From: Candidatus Poribacteria bacterium
Lineage (GTDB): Bacteria > Poribacteria > WGA-4E > WGA-3G
Direction of reading: 5' to 3'
Assembly: GCA_965197475.1 (NCBI GenBank)
Contig: CBDANF010000003.1
Location: 64,001-128,000 of the forward strand
DNA length: 64,000 nt
Part shown: positions 1 through 10,117 of the stretch, in pieces
Layout: each line of letters begins with the position of its first letter
Numbering within the stretch: position 1 is the stretch's first letter
The notes under the pieces: generated by a model
Told to the model about the DNA's origin: nothing
Database searches by the model: none
Seen by the model: the letters and a program-made list of their open reading frames with translations, nothing else
Translations under genes and position numbers: made by a program

Positions 1-3000
1 CCTGTTGTCAAGGGAACAACGCATTTTAACGTAACAAATCTCCCCACTGAAGCAATAGATATCTACGTGTTGAATCAGGATAGTTTAACGGCAAAACTTG
101 TTGATGGGAAGGTAACGCGTAGCGGGAGCACTTACCAAATTCTGTTTGAGGATGAGGTGATGGGGTATACCAATTACTTCATCATTGCCAACAATGCCTA
201 TGGAAGTATTGGAACCCTTACTGAAGTGCCCCCAAGTAATTTACGTAACCCCACAACACAAGCGGATTACATTGTAATTACGCATAAGACTTTTTTAGAA
301 AGTATTAAACCCCTCGTTGAGTTTCGTCGCTCACAAGGCTTGACGGTCAAAGTCGTAGATATAGATGAAATCTACAATGAATTTAAAGCAGGACTTTTCA
401 ATCCAATTGCAATCCAGGATTTCTTGCGTTATGCTTATGAGGCATGGCAACCGCCAGCACCTACTTACGTTTTGCTCGTTGGTGATGCACATTTCGACTA
501 TAAAAGGGTTTTCAAACAACTCTACACAACATACAACCTCTACCCGATTTTTGTTCCCACGTACCACGGATGGGCACCAGCAAGCGGAGAAACCGCCATG
601 GACCAAAGGTTTGTCAATATCAGTGGTGCGGACGCTCTCCCAGATATGTTCATCGGTCGTTTACCAGTACAAACACCTGACGAACTTTCTGCAATAATAA
701 AAAAAATAAAAGACTATGAAGAAAACCCTAAAATTGGTCCGTGGCAAGGAACACTCGTCCAAGTAGCAGATAATCATACAGATAATCCCAACGATGTGAT
801 TTTTGAAGAGAGTCGTGACGAAATCATCAGTGAAATTATCCCTTTAGCCTATCACACAAAACAGATTTATTTGCGAAAGACCCGTAATTTAACTCGCTCA
901 CTTATCCGCAAGGCATTTAACGATGGCGCACTTGTGATTGAATATACTGGACACGGTGGCAGCCAAACCTGGGCAGATGAGTCCATCTTTCGGATCGAGG
1001 ATGTTACCGCTCTTCGGAACCGCGAACTACCGCTTGTTGTGACAACGACATGCTTGAATGGAAAATTTGATCAACCGCAACAATTTGGAGACCGCTGTCT
1101 CAGCGAAGAATTTTTGATCAGTCCGTATGGTGCGATTGCAAATCTTGCTGCAACACGGTTGACATACGCATCAGCAAACGTTGAATTTGATCGGGATCTG
1201 TTCACAGCAATGTTTGAAAGACCACCTGTCCAAACAGAAGGCGGACAACAGGCGCATACACCTCCTAACCCTACCATCGGTAAAATTATCACTGATGCTA
1301 AAATTAGTAACATCGCCCGCACCGTTAATATACGATGGATTCCAGGGACAGAACAGTACACACTTTTTGGGGATCCAGCAACACGACTCGCACTCCCCAC
1401 CCTTGATATACAGGTTAAATTGGAGGATATCGCGCTGAATTCCAACAAGCAGATTGTGATTCTGAACAATGAGGTAGGGACGTACGACGCAAACAATGTA
1501 TGGTGGAAAGCAGAAAATTTCAGCACAGAGAAACTCATCGCCTCAGCCATCTTCCACAATCATTTCGACGATGAACATGGAAATGAGATTCCCCAGCGCA
1601 CCCCACCACATAGAGTCTGGCAAGGTGAATATGGAACGATTCGGTTGGAGATTCCAAATGCGGCAGTACCCGGACGCGGTGTCGTTCAATTGCAGGCTTA
1701 TGATGATAAACGCGTAGCCATCGGGGGTGCTCCATTCTGGATAAAAACACCAATTATTGATCAAATTCTTGAACAAGTGGATGTTAAAACCGCACATACC
1801 TTTGACATTAAGGTTCTTATTTTAGACGATATCAACGGAGCACAAGGCATCAAGGAGATTTATGTGGAATGGATTAACACTTTTGAATATGATGACCATG
1901 AAACCCCGATGGTCAAAACTTCACCGCCTCCCGGTACTGCTGCCTCTCCTTATGGTGGTCAGTGGTACGAACTCCAAACACCCATCCCTTTGCCGAAAGG
2001 CGGACGCCAAATTCGGTACCGTATACACGTAACCGATAGCAGCGGTTTAGAAGTTCTGCACCCATCCGCAACAGAGCGGAGTATTTTTAAGGTGCCGGAG
2101 GGTCCCAACATAAAAATCGGCACTGATGGAAGCAGCCTCGCTCCAATCCGATACACTTTTAATGAGGAGACTGATAATTATTATCTCGTTGCAGAACTCG
2201 TTAATATCGGTGGACGAACGGTCAAAACCGATATAGAAGTCGTTTTTTCTGAAGGCAACCCAGATATTAATGGTGATTTGCAAATAGACGATGACGTTGC
2301 CATTTTAGTTAGAACAACTGTGCGTCCCTCAGAATGGGAGGAAGGCACCAACGTCTTACAACGTGTGACCTTAAGTGTTCCTTTAAAAGAAGCACTCTCC
2401 ACCGGTGCACATAAAATTTATGTTCTTGCTAATCCAGAAGTGGATACCACTGATGACATTACCGGTAGTGTCCAAGAACCACGTGTCTCTGATAACAAAA
2501 AATTTGTTTCATTCGTCGTTAATGAATTCTATTATGATCCATCGCAACCCTTAACAGCTTATAGTCTGGACAGAGTCTTTGACGTTGACATTCCCGATTC
2601 GGTGGCAGCACTTGAAGGTAAAAACATCCCACTCTCCATATCTTCAAGCGCACCGTTCACCTTAACTCAACCATCTCTCAGCTTCGCACCGATTCCACGT
2701 GTAGCCGCGCTGCGGCGAGGTCTGCTTCGCACAGGTGACGAACGTGCCCAACACTATGAAATGTCTTTTCGCACACCAAATGTCGCATTGAAAAAACCTG
2801 TCACCTTGAAGTTTCGGTTTGATGTCAGTGGCTTGGAGGACGCAGTTAGAGAGAACACCCCGTGGACTGAAGGCAGTAAGGACTTCAAGGCAGCGTTAAT
2901 TGAAGAAGCGGAAAAACTTAGCATTTATGCGTGGCAATCCGATTACAAAAAATGGAGACGACTTCCATCACAAGTGAGTTATGCCACTGGAAATGACAAA

Positions 3001-4770
3001 CCTCAACCTGATGAAGATGGACCAATATTCCAGCTCGAAAACTATGTTACACCTATCCAAACTGAAAACGCGAACAAACAACCTATCCCGATTGAAAACA
3101 TCAAAATTGATCAGTACGGGACACCTGCGGGGACATGGGTAATCGTTTTTTTCGATTCGACACAGTACGAGGTATACTTAAAACGGAATAATGAAGTCAC
3201 TGTTTATAAACTGAATCAACTCGGACAACTTGACATCCCCTATCGTGAAGAAAACTACGGACTTGAATTCATCATACATCAAGAATGGGATGTGCCACCA
3301 GAACTTGATGACGGAACACCTATTCTTCCCTTCGAATTTGGAGATATTCTCATCTTTGAAACTGATCGTTCTGAGGGCACTAACGCGGTCGTAGGAGTCC
3401 GTAATCAAAATATCGGGAACGGTACAGCTGTAATAACTGCAAAGCTCGGTCCCAAGCAAGAGTTTGTAGTAGGCGACTGGTTTCTCTTTTTCACATCTCC
3501 AATACAGTATGAAATTCGTGATAAAACAGGTGCCCCCATCTACCTACCGAATGATGCTCTCGTGCGCGGGACGGTCAATGAAGGCATGTTTGTCAGCCAT
3601 CTTGGTTTGGAAATATTCGTTAATAGTAGCACAGAATCTTTTCGATTTGGGGATAAGATTAAATTCAGCACCGCACAAGTTGCAAGTGTCACCGCACAAA
3701 CAACCGAACTTTCGCCGTTCACCCTTATTAGTGGTGATGACACAGAACCTCCCACTTTTAATCTATGGGTAGACGGTGTCCAGCCCCAAGTCGGTAGTGT
3801 TGTGGCACCGCGCCCACTTATCTCCATCTTGCTTGAGGATGTGAATGGCGTAGATTTGGATACGCTGATTATTCGGAGAGGAGATAACGGCAACCCGCTT
3901 AAACCTATCTCTGATTATATCTTCCGAAATCCCAAAAACGTTAACACAGTGCCGATTGACTACAAACCTATACTCTTTCCCGGTGAATATGCTTTTGAGA
4001 TTGAAGCGCGCGATTTTAATGGAAATGCAATTGGTGGGAAAACGAAAAAAAACCAGACGCGATTCATCGTGACCGACATGCCTGACATCACCCCGCCTGT
4101 CATCGAAATTTTTGTAAACGATGAAATTCTTATAGGAGAAGATTCAAACGTTAATACTCTTGGGGAAGTGAAGAATATTGGCAAAAACCGCATCACCCAA
4201 CAACCTCAATGTGAAATTCGGGTTACGGATGAAACAGCACTTGACGGTTCTCTCTTCAACATTACATTTAACCAAATATCTGATAGTGATCCTACACGAC
4301 GCTATCGCGAATTTGATGCGGCAAAATGGGAATTTGATGCTGATGATCCCGAAACTGCCAATTTTAGTTTTGCACCTGACCTCCCAAACGGCACCTATCG
4401 GCTACAAATAACAGCGACAGATACAAGTGAAAACACCGCCGAACTGGAAGCAACCTTCACCCTTGACGAGGAAGTCACCCTCAGCGAAGTTTTCAACGTA
4501 CCCAATCCCGTAGAAAATGGCAAAACCTTTTTCACCTATCAGTTGGCACAATCACCAGATAAGGTCACCATCAAAATTTACACGGTTAGCGGAAGGCTGA
4601 TTCGAACGATTGTAGATGAAAGTGCAAATCGAGGGAACAATGAGACCTATTGGGATGGAAAAGATGAGACAGGAGTGCGTTGTGCCAACGGTGTATACCT
4701 CTATCGTGTGATTGCCTACTCTGAGGGTGACAAGGCGGAAAAGATAGGAAAACTTGCTATCTTACGTTAA
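1..4770 (+). CDS. C25 (gingipain/PorU-like) cysteine peptidase with Ig-like domains and C-terminal FlgD-Ig/T9SS-type CTD; 5' end lies upstream of the window
   Basis: Frame is open from base 1. C25 motifs ADYIVITH, YVLLVGDA, IGRLPV, YTGHG (His) and TTTCL (Cys), LFGDP. C-terminus FNVPNPV...IYTVSGRLIRTI...WDGKDETG...ANGVYLY. Confidence 0.85.
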   Translation, partial: PVVKGTTHFNVTNLPTEAIDIYVLNQDSLTAKLVDGKVTRSGSTYQILFEDEVMGYTNYFIIANNAYGSIGTLTEVPPSNLRNPTTQADYIVITHKTFLESIKPLVEFRRSQGLTVKVVDIDEIYNEFKAGLFNPIAIQDFLRYAYEAWQPPAPTYVLLVGDAHFDYKRVFKQLYTTYNLYPIFVPTYHGWAPASGETAMDQRFVNISGADALPDMFIGRLPVQTPDELSAIIKKIKDYEENPKIGPWQGTLVQVADNHTDNPNDVIFEESRDEIISEIIPLAYHTKQIYLRKTRNLTRSLIRKAFNDGALVIEYTGHGGSQTWADESIFRIEDVTALRNRELPLVVTTTCLNGKFDQPQQFGDRCLSEEFLISPYGAIANLAATRLTYASANVEFDRDLFTAMFERPPVQTEGGQQAHTPPNPTIGKIITDAKISNIARTVNIRWIPGTEQYTLFGDPATRLALPTLDIQVKLEDIALNSNKQIVILNNEVGTYDANNVWWKAENFSTEKLIASAIFHNHFDDEHGNEIPQRTPPHRVWQGEYGTIRLEIPNAAVPGRGVVQLQAYDDKRVAIGGAPFWIKTPIIDQILEQVDVKTAHTFDIKVLILDDINGAQGIKEIYVEWINTFEYDDHETPMVKTSPPPGTAASPYGGQWYELQTPIPLPKGGRQIRYRIHVTDSSGLEVLHPSATERSIFKVPEGPNIKIGTDGSSLAPIRYTFNEETDNYYLVAELVNIGGRTVKTDIEVVFSEGNPDINGDLQIDDDVAILVRTTVRPSEWEEGTNVLQRVTLSVPLKEALSTGAHKIYVLANPEVDTTDDITGSVQEPRVSDNKKFVSFVVNEFYYDPSQPLTAYSLDRVFDVDIPDSVAALEGKNIPLSISSSAPFTLTQPSLSFAPIPRVAALRRGLLRTGDERAQHYEMSFRTPNVALKKPVTLKFRFDVSGLEDAVRENTPWTEGSKDFKAALIEEAEKLSIYAWQSDYKKWRRLPSQVSYATGNDKPQPDEDGPIFQLENYVTPIQTENANKQPIPIENIKIDQYGTPAGTWVIVFFDSTQYEVYLKRNNEVTVYKLNQLGQLDIPYREENYGLEFIIHQEWDVPPELDDGTPILPFEFGDILIFETDRSEGTNAVVGVRNQNIGNGTAVITAKLGPKQEFVVGDWFLFFTSPIQYEIRDKTGAPIYLPNDALVRGTVNEGMFVSHLGLEIFVNSSTESFRFGDKIKFSTAQVASVTAQTTELSPFTLISGDDTEPPTFNLWVDGVQPQVGSVVAPRPLISILLEDVNGVDLDTLIIRRGDNGNPLKPISDYIFRNPKNVNTVPIDYKPILFPGEYAFEIEARDFNGNAIGGKTKKNQTRFIVTDMPDITPPVIEIFVNDEILIGEDSNVNTLGEVKNIGKNRITQQPQCEIRVTDETALDGSLFNITFNQISDSDPTRRYREFDAAKWEFDADDPETANFSFAPDLPNGTYRLQITATDTSENTAELEATFTLDEEVTLSEVFNVPNPVENGKTFFTYQLAQSPDKVTIKIYTVSGRLIRTIVDESANRGNNETYWDGKDETGVRCANGVYLYRVIAYSEGDKAEKIGKLAILR

Positions 4771-5019
4771 ACTGAAAAGAATCCCACACAAATTCGAATC
4801 CTTAAGTGTTCCAAATATTCCATATCTAACGTTATATGTTGAAGTTAAGAAATAAAAAACGGTGCTGACTGCGTTTCCGTGCATAATCTTTTGCCTATCG
4901 TATTGTGAGTGTATGGTATAATATTTTTATAGAAATTGTACGGTTTAAGATTAAGTTTCACATGGGTGCCTCAGCTGATTCTTTGATGAAAAATTAAAGT
5001 TCAATGATTCCATTTTTTC

Positions 5020-5048
5020 TTGCCAAACTTTAATATTTTTGTTACAAT
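5020..5048 (+). promoter_or_regulatory. sigma70 promoter for nrdJ
   Basis: TTGCCA-17 bp-TACAAT with extended TG, followed by AGGAGG RBS before ATG 5073. Confidence 0.6.
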
Positions 5049-5072
5049 GGAAACTAAACAGGAGGAATAATT

Positions 5073-8000
5073 ATGGCTGCTAACAATATCAAAGAAATTG
5101 GTGATACAGCACAAAATCCGATGGAAGGGGATGGAACGGGACTTACTTTCGCGCGTCATTTTACGAAATCGGCGGTTCACCCGTTTGATGAAATTGAGTG
5201 GGAACGCCGTGATGCCGCTATCTACAACGAGAAAGGTAATGTCATTTTTAAACAGGAGCAGGTAGAAGTACCTACTTTCTGGACCCAACTCGCAACGGAT
5301 ATTGCTGCCTCAAAATATTTCCGAAAAGCCGGTGTTCCTGATGTAGAATCAGAGAGCAGTGCTCGCCAATTAGTTACCCGCGTCGCACGTACACTTCGCC
5401 GAGCTGGTGAAGAAATCGGTGGTTATTTTGCTACCCCCGACGACGCGGAAACGTTTGAAATGGAATTGACACATATCCTTGTTACACAGCGTGGTGCCTT
5501 TAATTCTCCCGTCTGGTTTAACTGCGGTTTATGGCATGAGTACGGGATCAAAGGCGGTGGTGGTAACTACCATTGGGATAGAGATGCACAGAAAGTTAAC
5601 GTCACCCAAAACGCGTATCAGTACCCACAAAACTCAGCATGTTTTATCCAAAGCGTTGATGATTCGTTAGACTCCATGCTTGATCTGCAAAAATCAGAGG
5701 TGCGGCTCTTTAAATATGGAAGCGGAACCGGTTCCAATTTCAGTAAGGTTCGCGCAAAAGGTGAACACCTCTCCAGTGGCGGTGAAAGTTCGGGTGTCCT
5801 ATCTTTTCTTGAAGGATTCGACCGGTGGGCAGGTAGTATTAAGTCTGGCGGCACAACACGACGCGCCGCAAAGATGGTCATTTTAGACATGGACCATCCG
5901 GAAATTGTTGACTACATCGACTGGAAGATGAAAGAGGAAAAGAAGGCGAAGACGCTCATCGCAGCTGGTTATCCCGCTGACTTTAATGGCGAAGCGTACG
6001 GGACTATCAGTGGGCAGAACAGTAACAATTCGGTCAGGATTTCAGACATCTTCATGGATGCCTATCTAAAGGCAGATTCCTGGAAAACAACCTATCGTAC
6101 CTCAGGTGAAGTTGCTGGCGAGTATGAAGCGAAGATGCTGATGGATAAAATCGCTGAAGCAGCATGGGCTTGTGCTGATCCAGGGGTTCAATTTGATGAT
6201 ACGATCCAGAAATGGCATACTTGTAAACAGAGTGATCGTATTTATGCAAGTAACCCATGCAGCGAATACCTTTTTTTAGACGACTCTGCATGTAACCTCG
6301 CGAGTATCAATCTCGTCAAATTTCTCAATGATGATGACACTTTTGATATTGACGGCTTCAGAGCAACTGTCCGTGTCTTTATCACGGCAATGGAAATTAT
6401 TGTTGATCTGTCTTCCTACCCGACCCCCAAGATTGCCAGACGATCTCACGAATATCGTCCGCTCGGACTTGGATTTGCTAACTTAGGCGCACTCTTGATG
6501 CGATTAGGCATCCCTTATGATAGTGCAGAAGCTTGCAGTTATGCTGGTGCTATTTCTGCTATCCTGAGTGGACATGGCTACCGAACAAGTGCAGAAATCG
6601 CGAAGAGTATCGGACCTTTTGCTGGATACGCTAAGAATAGCGATTCGATGTTAGGGGTTATCAACATGCACCGTGACGCTGCATACAAAATTGATGCGAC
6701 AACCTGTCCATCTAATCTATTGGAAGCAGCGCGCGAAGATTGGGATATCTGCCAACAAAAGGGAGAAAACTGGGGATATCGAAATTCGCAAATCAGTGTC
6801 ATTGCCCCAACTGGAACCATAGCACTCCTAATGGATTGCGATACAACAGGAATTGAACCCGAGTTTGCACTTGTCAAATTCAAAAAGTTAGCAGGTGGTG
6901 GTTATATCAAGATTGTGAACCAGAGTGTTCGCGATGCTTTGGAAAAACTCGGCTACATACCACAACACATTGAAGCGATTGTCACGCATATTGTCGGAAC
7001 AGGAACACTTGAAGGAACGCCATATGTCAATCCAGAATCCCTTAAATACAAAGGTTTCACTGAAGAAGATATCGCAAAAGTTGCGGAAATGTTGCCGAGC
7101 GCGTTTGACCTGAATCTCGCTTTCGCACCCGGATTCCTTGGAGAAGAATGTCTCGAAAGATTAGGGATAACTGCCGAAAAAGCTGCGTCTCCAGATTTTG
7201 ACCTACTCACTTATATGGGATTCAATCCGAGTGAAATTGCAACCGCTGAGGAAATCATCTGCGGCACAGGAACTGTTGAAGGTGCGCTACATCTGTCGTC
7301 TAAACATTATCCTGTTTTCGATTGTGCGGTTCAGTCAAGTAAGCACGGTACTCGCTTTATTCATCACATGGGACCACTGAAATTAATGGCGGCTGTGCAG
7401 CCCTTTATATCAGGTGCCATTTCAAAAACAGTCAACATCCCGCGCGAAGCAACTGTTGACGATATTAAAGAACTTTATGTTGAAGCGTGGCGTCTCGGTG
7501 TGAAATGTCTCGCTATTTATCGGGATGGGAGCAAAGGGAGTCAACCGCTTTCAACCAGCAGCCAACAGGATGTGCAGAATGAGGCAAGCGAACAACCTGT
7601 TAGAAGACGACTCTTAGACACACGGAAAGGTATTATACATAAATTCAGTGTCGGAGGTCACGAAGGTTACATGCATGTCGGGTTCTTTGAAGATGGCACT
7701 CCTGGTGAGGTTTTCCTTACCATGAGTAAACAGGGGTCTACCATCTCAGGACTCATGGATTCTATCGCCATCCTCATCTCTATGGCACTGCAGTACGGTG
7801 TGCCGTTAGAGTCACTCGTCAATAAATTCAGCCATGTTCGGTTTGAACCATCGGGATTCACCCAGGACCGTGATATTCCGATGGCAAGATCAATTGTTGA
7901 TTATGTTTTCCGTTGGCTCGGAAAAGAGTTCCTTCCGAAATATGCACAGGAAGATACTACAGATGTTCTTGAATTAGATGACCAACTGGCATTATCCGAT

Positions 8001-8180
8001 GAAACCGAGTTACATGGGCACGGAAATAACGGGGACACAAATCCATGGGCGGATCAAGAGCGGCTGATTACACTCCGATACGGAGACGCACCGCCTTGTC
8101 ACGAATGTGGCGCAATTATGATACGAAGCGGCATCTGCTACCGATGCACTAATTGCGGTGCAACCAGTGGATGTTCATAG
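5073..8180 (+). CDS. nrdJ: Vitamin B12-dependent (class II) ribonucleotide reductase with TSCPD domain and C-terminal Zn ribbon
   Basis: FNSPVWFN, SACFI, GGTTRRAAKM, ASNPCSEY, APTGTI, GAISKTVN, YRDGSK, terminal CxxC..CxxC.GATSGCS. Confidence 0.95.
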   Translation: MAANNIKEIGDTAQNPMEGDGTGLTFARHFTKSAVHPFDEIEWERRDAAIYNEKGNVIFKQEQVEVPTFWTQLATDIAASKYFRKAGVPDVESESSARQLVTRVARTLRRAGEEIGGYFATPDDAETFEMELTHILVTQRGAFNSPVWFNCGLWHEYGIKGGGGNYHWDRDAQKVNVTQNAYQYPQNSACFIQSVDDSLDSMLDLQKSEVRLFKYGSGTGSNFSKVRAKGEHLSSGGESSGVLSFLEGFDRWAGSIKSGGTTRRAAKMVILDMDHPEIVDYIDWKMKEEKKAKTLIAAGYPADFNGEAYGTISGQNSNNSVRISDIFMDAYLKADSWKTTYRTSGEVAGEYEAKMLMDKIAEAAWACADPGVQFDDTIQKWHTCKQSDRIYASNPCSEYLFLDDSACNLASINLVKFLNDDDTFDIDGFRATVRVFITAMEIIVDLSSYPTPKIARRSHEYRPLGLGFANLGALLMRLGIPYDSAEACSYAGAISAILSGHGYRTSAEIAKSIGPFAGYAKNSDSMLGVINMHRDAAYKIDATTCPSNLLEAAREDWDICQQKGENWGYRNSQISVIAPTGTIALLMDCDTTGIEPEFALVKFKKLAGGGYIKIVNQSVRDALEKLGYIPQHIEAIVTHIVGTGTLEGTPYVNPESLKYKGFTEEDIAKVAEMLPSAFDLNLAFAPGFLGEECLERLGITAEKAASPDFDLLTYMGFNPSEIATAEEIICGTGTVEGALHLSSKHYPVFDCAVQSSKHGTRFIHHMGPLKLMAAVQPFISGAISKTVNIPREATVDDIKELYVEAWRLGVKCLAIYRDGSKGSQPLSTSSQQDVQNEASEQPVRRRLLDTRKGIIHKFSVGGHEGYMHVGFFEDGTPGEVFLTMSKQGSTISGLMDSIAILISMALQYGVPLESLVNKFSHVRFEPSGFTQDRDIPMARSIVDYVFRWLGKEFLPKYAQEDTTDVLELDDQLALSDETELHGHGNNGDTNPWADQERLITLRYGDAPPCHECGAIMIRSGICYRCTNCGATSGCS

Positions 8181-8201
8181 ACTCGCCACTATAAATACGA
8201 A

Positions 8202-8243
8202 TAGGACTTACACAACCTAATACAAGGATTCGCGTAAGTCCTA
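8202..8243. mobile_element. 42-bp mini-MITE made of IS701-type ends
   Basis: TAGGACTTAC...GCGTAAGTCCTA matches the CAGGACTTACGCA / TGCGTAAGTCCTG ends of the IS at 10118-11209. Confidence 0.6.
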
Positions 8244-8374
8244 ATTACATAAAAAGGACCAACTAGCACAAGTCGTTACTATAGCATTTTTTGCGGAATT
8301 GTCCTGCTGATTTACGCATTTTTGGCGTTGAGTTATGCTAAATATGCTGATTCGGAGCCTAATTTATTTTTTTA

Positions 8375-8403
8375 TTGCACAAATTTTGTATAAATGCTAC
8401 AAT
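8375..8403 (+). promoter_or_regulatory. sigma70 promoter driving a structured leader
   Basis: TTGCAC-17 bp-TACAAT with extended TG. Confidence 0.55.
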
Positions 8404-9217
8404 ATATGTGACGTTAGAAATTCACGAAGAAAGCGTGGGTTACGTCAGGGCTGCTTCCTAATCTATTTAGGTGCGCCGCCGGTGCTGACACACCAAGCGA
8501 CGCTTAGCACTGCCATAGAGAAAGTATGACAGCGCTGGTTTCTATTATAGCAGAAAGTCACGCTTTCTGTTAGTTTAAAGTAGAAACCAGCTCCCTATAG
8601 GGACGAGTTGCCTGAAAAATTCTTCTCTTTCGTTGACAGATATGTCTGTCAATCCTCCCTGTAGACTGTCAAGTATACACAACCCTGGTGTTATTTTAAT
8701 TAACAGTCTAAATTTGAAATACACCCATAAATTATTTTATATCACAACGAGTAGTAACTTATGCGTTTACATAAGTTAACAGAACTTGTTGTTGCTGCAG
8801 ACAAAGCGATGTTCAATAAGTTTATAATACCTATGTAAACGACATATTTATCAATACAGATGTTGATCCGCTAGAAATATACCATCCAGATATTGATAAT
8901 CCTGACAGAGTCGTCTTCATGCTCTGGGTTTACGACTATTATTATGAAATAAATGAACAAGAACAAACTTTGGAGTTAGTAAGCACAACCCGGACATCGT
9001 ATTGGGTTGACAACCAAGGCGGATCAGGATCACATTTCGTTACCCATTAGAAGGAACTAACAAAATTATGTAAAAACCATCTTGTACGTGAGTTAAGAGG
9101 TATAAACGATATTAGCATTACGCGTTGTGCTAAAGAACTAATAGTATGTTTATATTTTACATGTGTCTCTTATTTGGGTTGAATTCCAACGTTTCTGATA
9201 CCTGACAACCTTGAAAG

Positions 9218-9275
9218 GTAGGAGGGATCTCCGATTCCCGACAATATAAGGTCGCGATTCGGAGATCGCTCCTAC
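9218..9275. repeat. REP-like inverted doublet (GTAG...CTAC)
   Basis: GTAGGAGGGATCTCCGATTCCCGAC / GTCGCGATTCGGAGATCGCTCCTAC. A related half copy occurs at ~55201. Confidence 0.7.
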
Positions 9276-9367
9276 AAAGTATAAACAAATGTGAAGGACA
9301 ACCAAACTATAACTTAACTAGTACAAGTCGTTAGTATTGTTAAATAGGCAGATGGAGGTATAACCCC

Positions 9368-9910
9368 ATGGCAAATAAGTCTAAAATTATTTTCGCTGTT
9401 TTAATCGTAAGTATTCTGATTCTGAATGTTGTGCTAATTGCTATGAGTATCCCAACCGGTCAAAAAGCGGAAAAACCACGTCAACTTAAGGTTCTTCTTC
9501 AGATTATGGCTGAAGAAGACATCAAATTTGCGTTACAAAAAAATCTGGTTGATGCATTCAAGAAGATTGAGAAAATAGATCTTATATTAGTGCCAGAAAA
9601 AAAGATGGATCATGCAATATTAATTGGATGCTTAGAACCACATGTAGGTAACCCACCACAAAAAATAGGTAACCCACCACAAAAAATAGGTAATGTAGCC
9701 GCTGGGGTTCAATATATCGATTATTTCAATGACACTGTGCTTAAAGAACATGTCTATAAGGAAAAGTGGGAAGAAGTGCAGAAACTTACGCGATACATGA
9801 TTAAACGTACTTATATGAGTATACATCTATTTTCGCGGAGGGAACAGGAAAAACCAATAAAGTCTATAGTAGATAAGGCATTGAGACTTTTCTTAGAGAA
9901 GGATAAATAA
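9368..9910 (+). CDS. Hypothetical membrane-anchored protein with a 7-aa (GNPPQKI) tandem duplication
   Basis: GGAGG RBS, N-terminal hydrophobic helix, 21-bp direct repeat. Confidence 0.65.
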   Translation: MANKSKIIFAVLIVSILILNVVLIAMSIPTGQKAEKPRQLKVLLQIMAEEDIKFALQKNLVDAFKKIEKIDLILVPEKKMDHAILIGCLEPHVGNPPQKIGNPPQKIGNVAAGVQYIDYFNDTVLKEHVYKEKWEEVQKLTRYMIKRTYMSIHLFSRREQEKPIKSIVDKALRLFLEKDK

Positions 9911-10117
9911 CTGAGGCGTGTTCATAATTGAATTCAGTTCGGATACTCCTTTCAATTAGATTGTGATTATATCACAATCTTGGTTTAGACAGTGGTCTAA
10001 ATTTCCGATGACACTACACTTCACAATCTGGAACTTACCGAGTAGAGAAGTTTCAAGAATGATTGCCTTATTTCGCTAAGAACAATATCTGAAAATATAC
10101 TATTTTGTTATCAATAA

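Noticed and set aside
4820-5070. NrdR boxes or cobalamin riboswitch upstream of nrdJ
   Set aside because: Only a weak single match (ACGTTATATGTTG), and no B12-box elements were recognisable.
5073-8180. Intein in NrdJ
   Set aside because: No C/S...HN-C/S/T splice motifs or LAGLIDADG block. Length fits TSCPD-type NrdJ.
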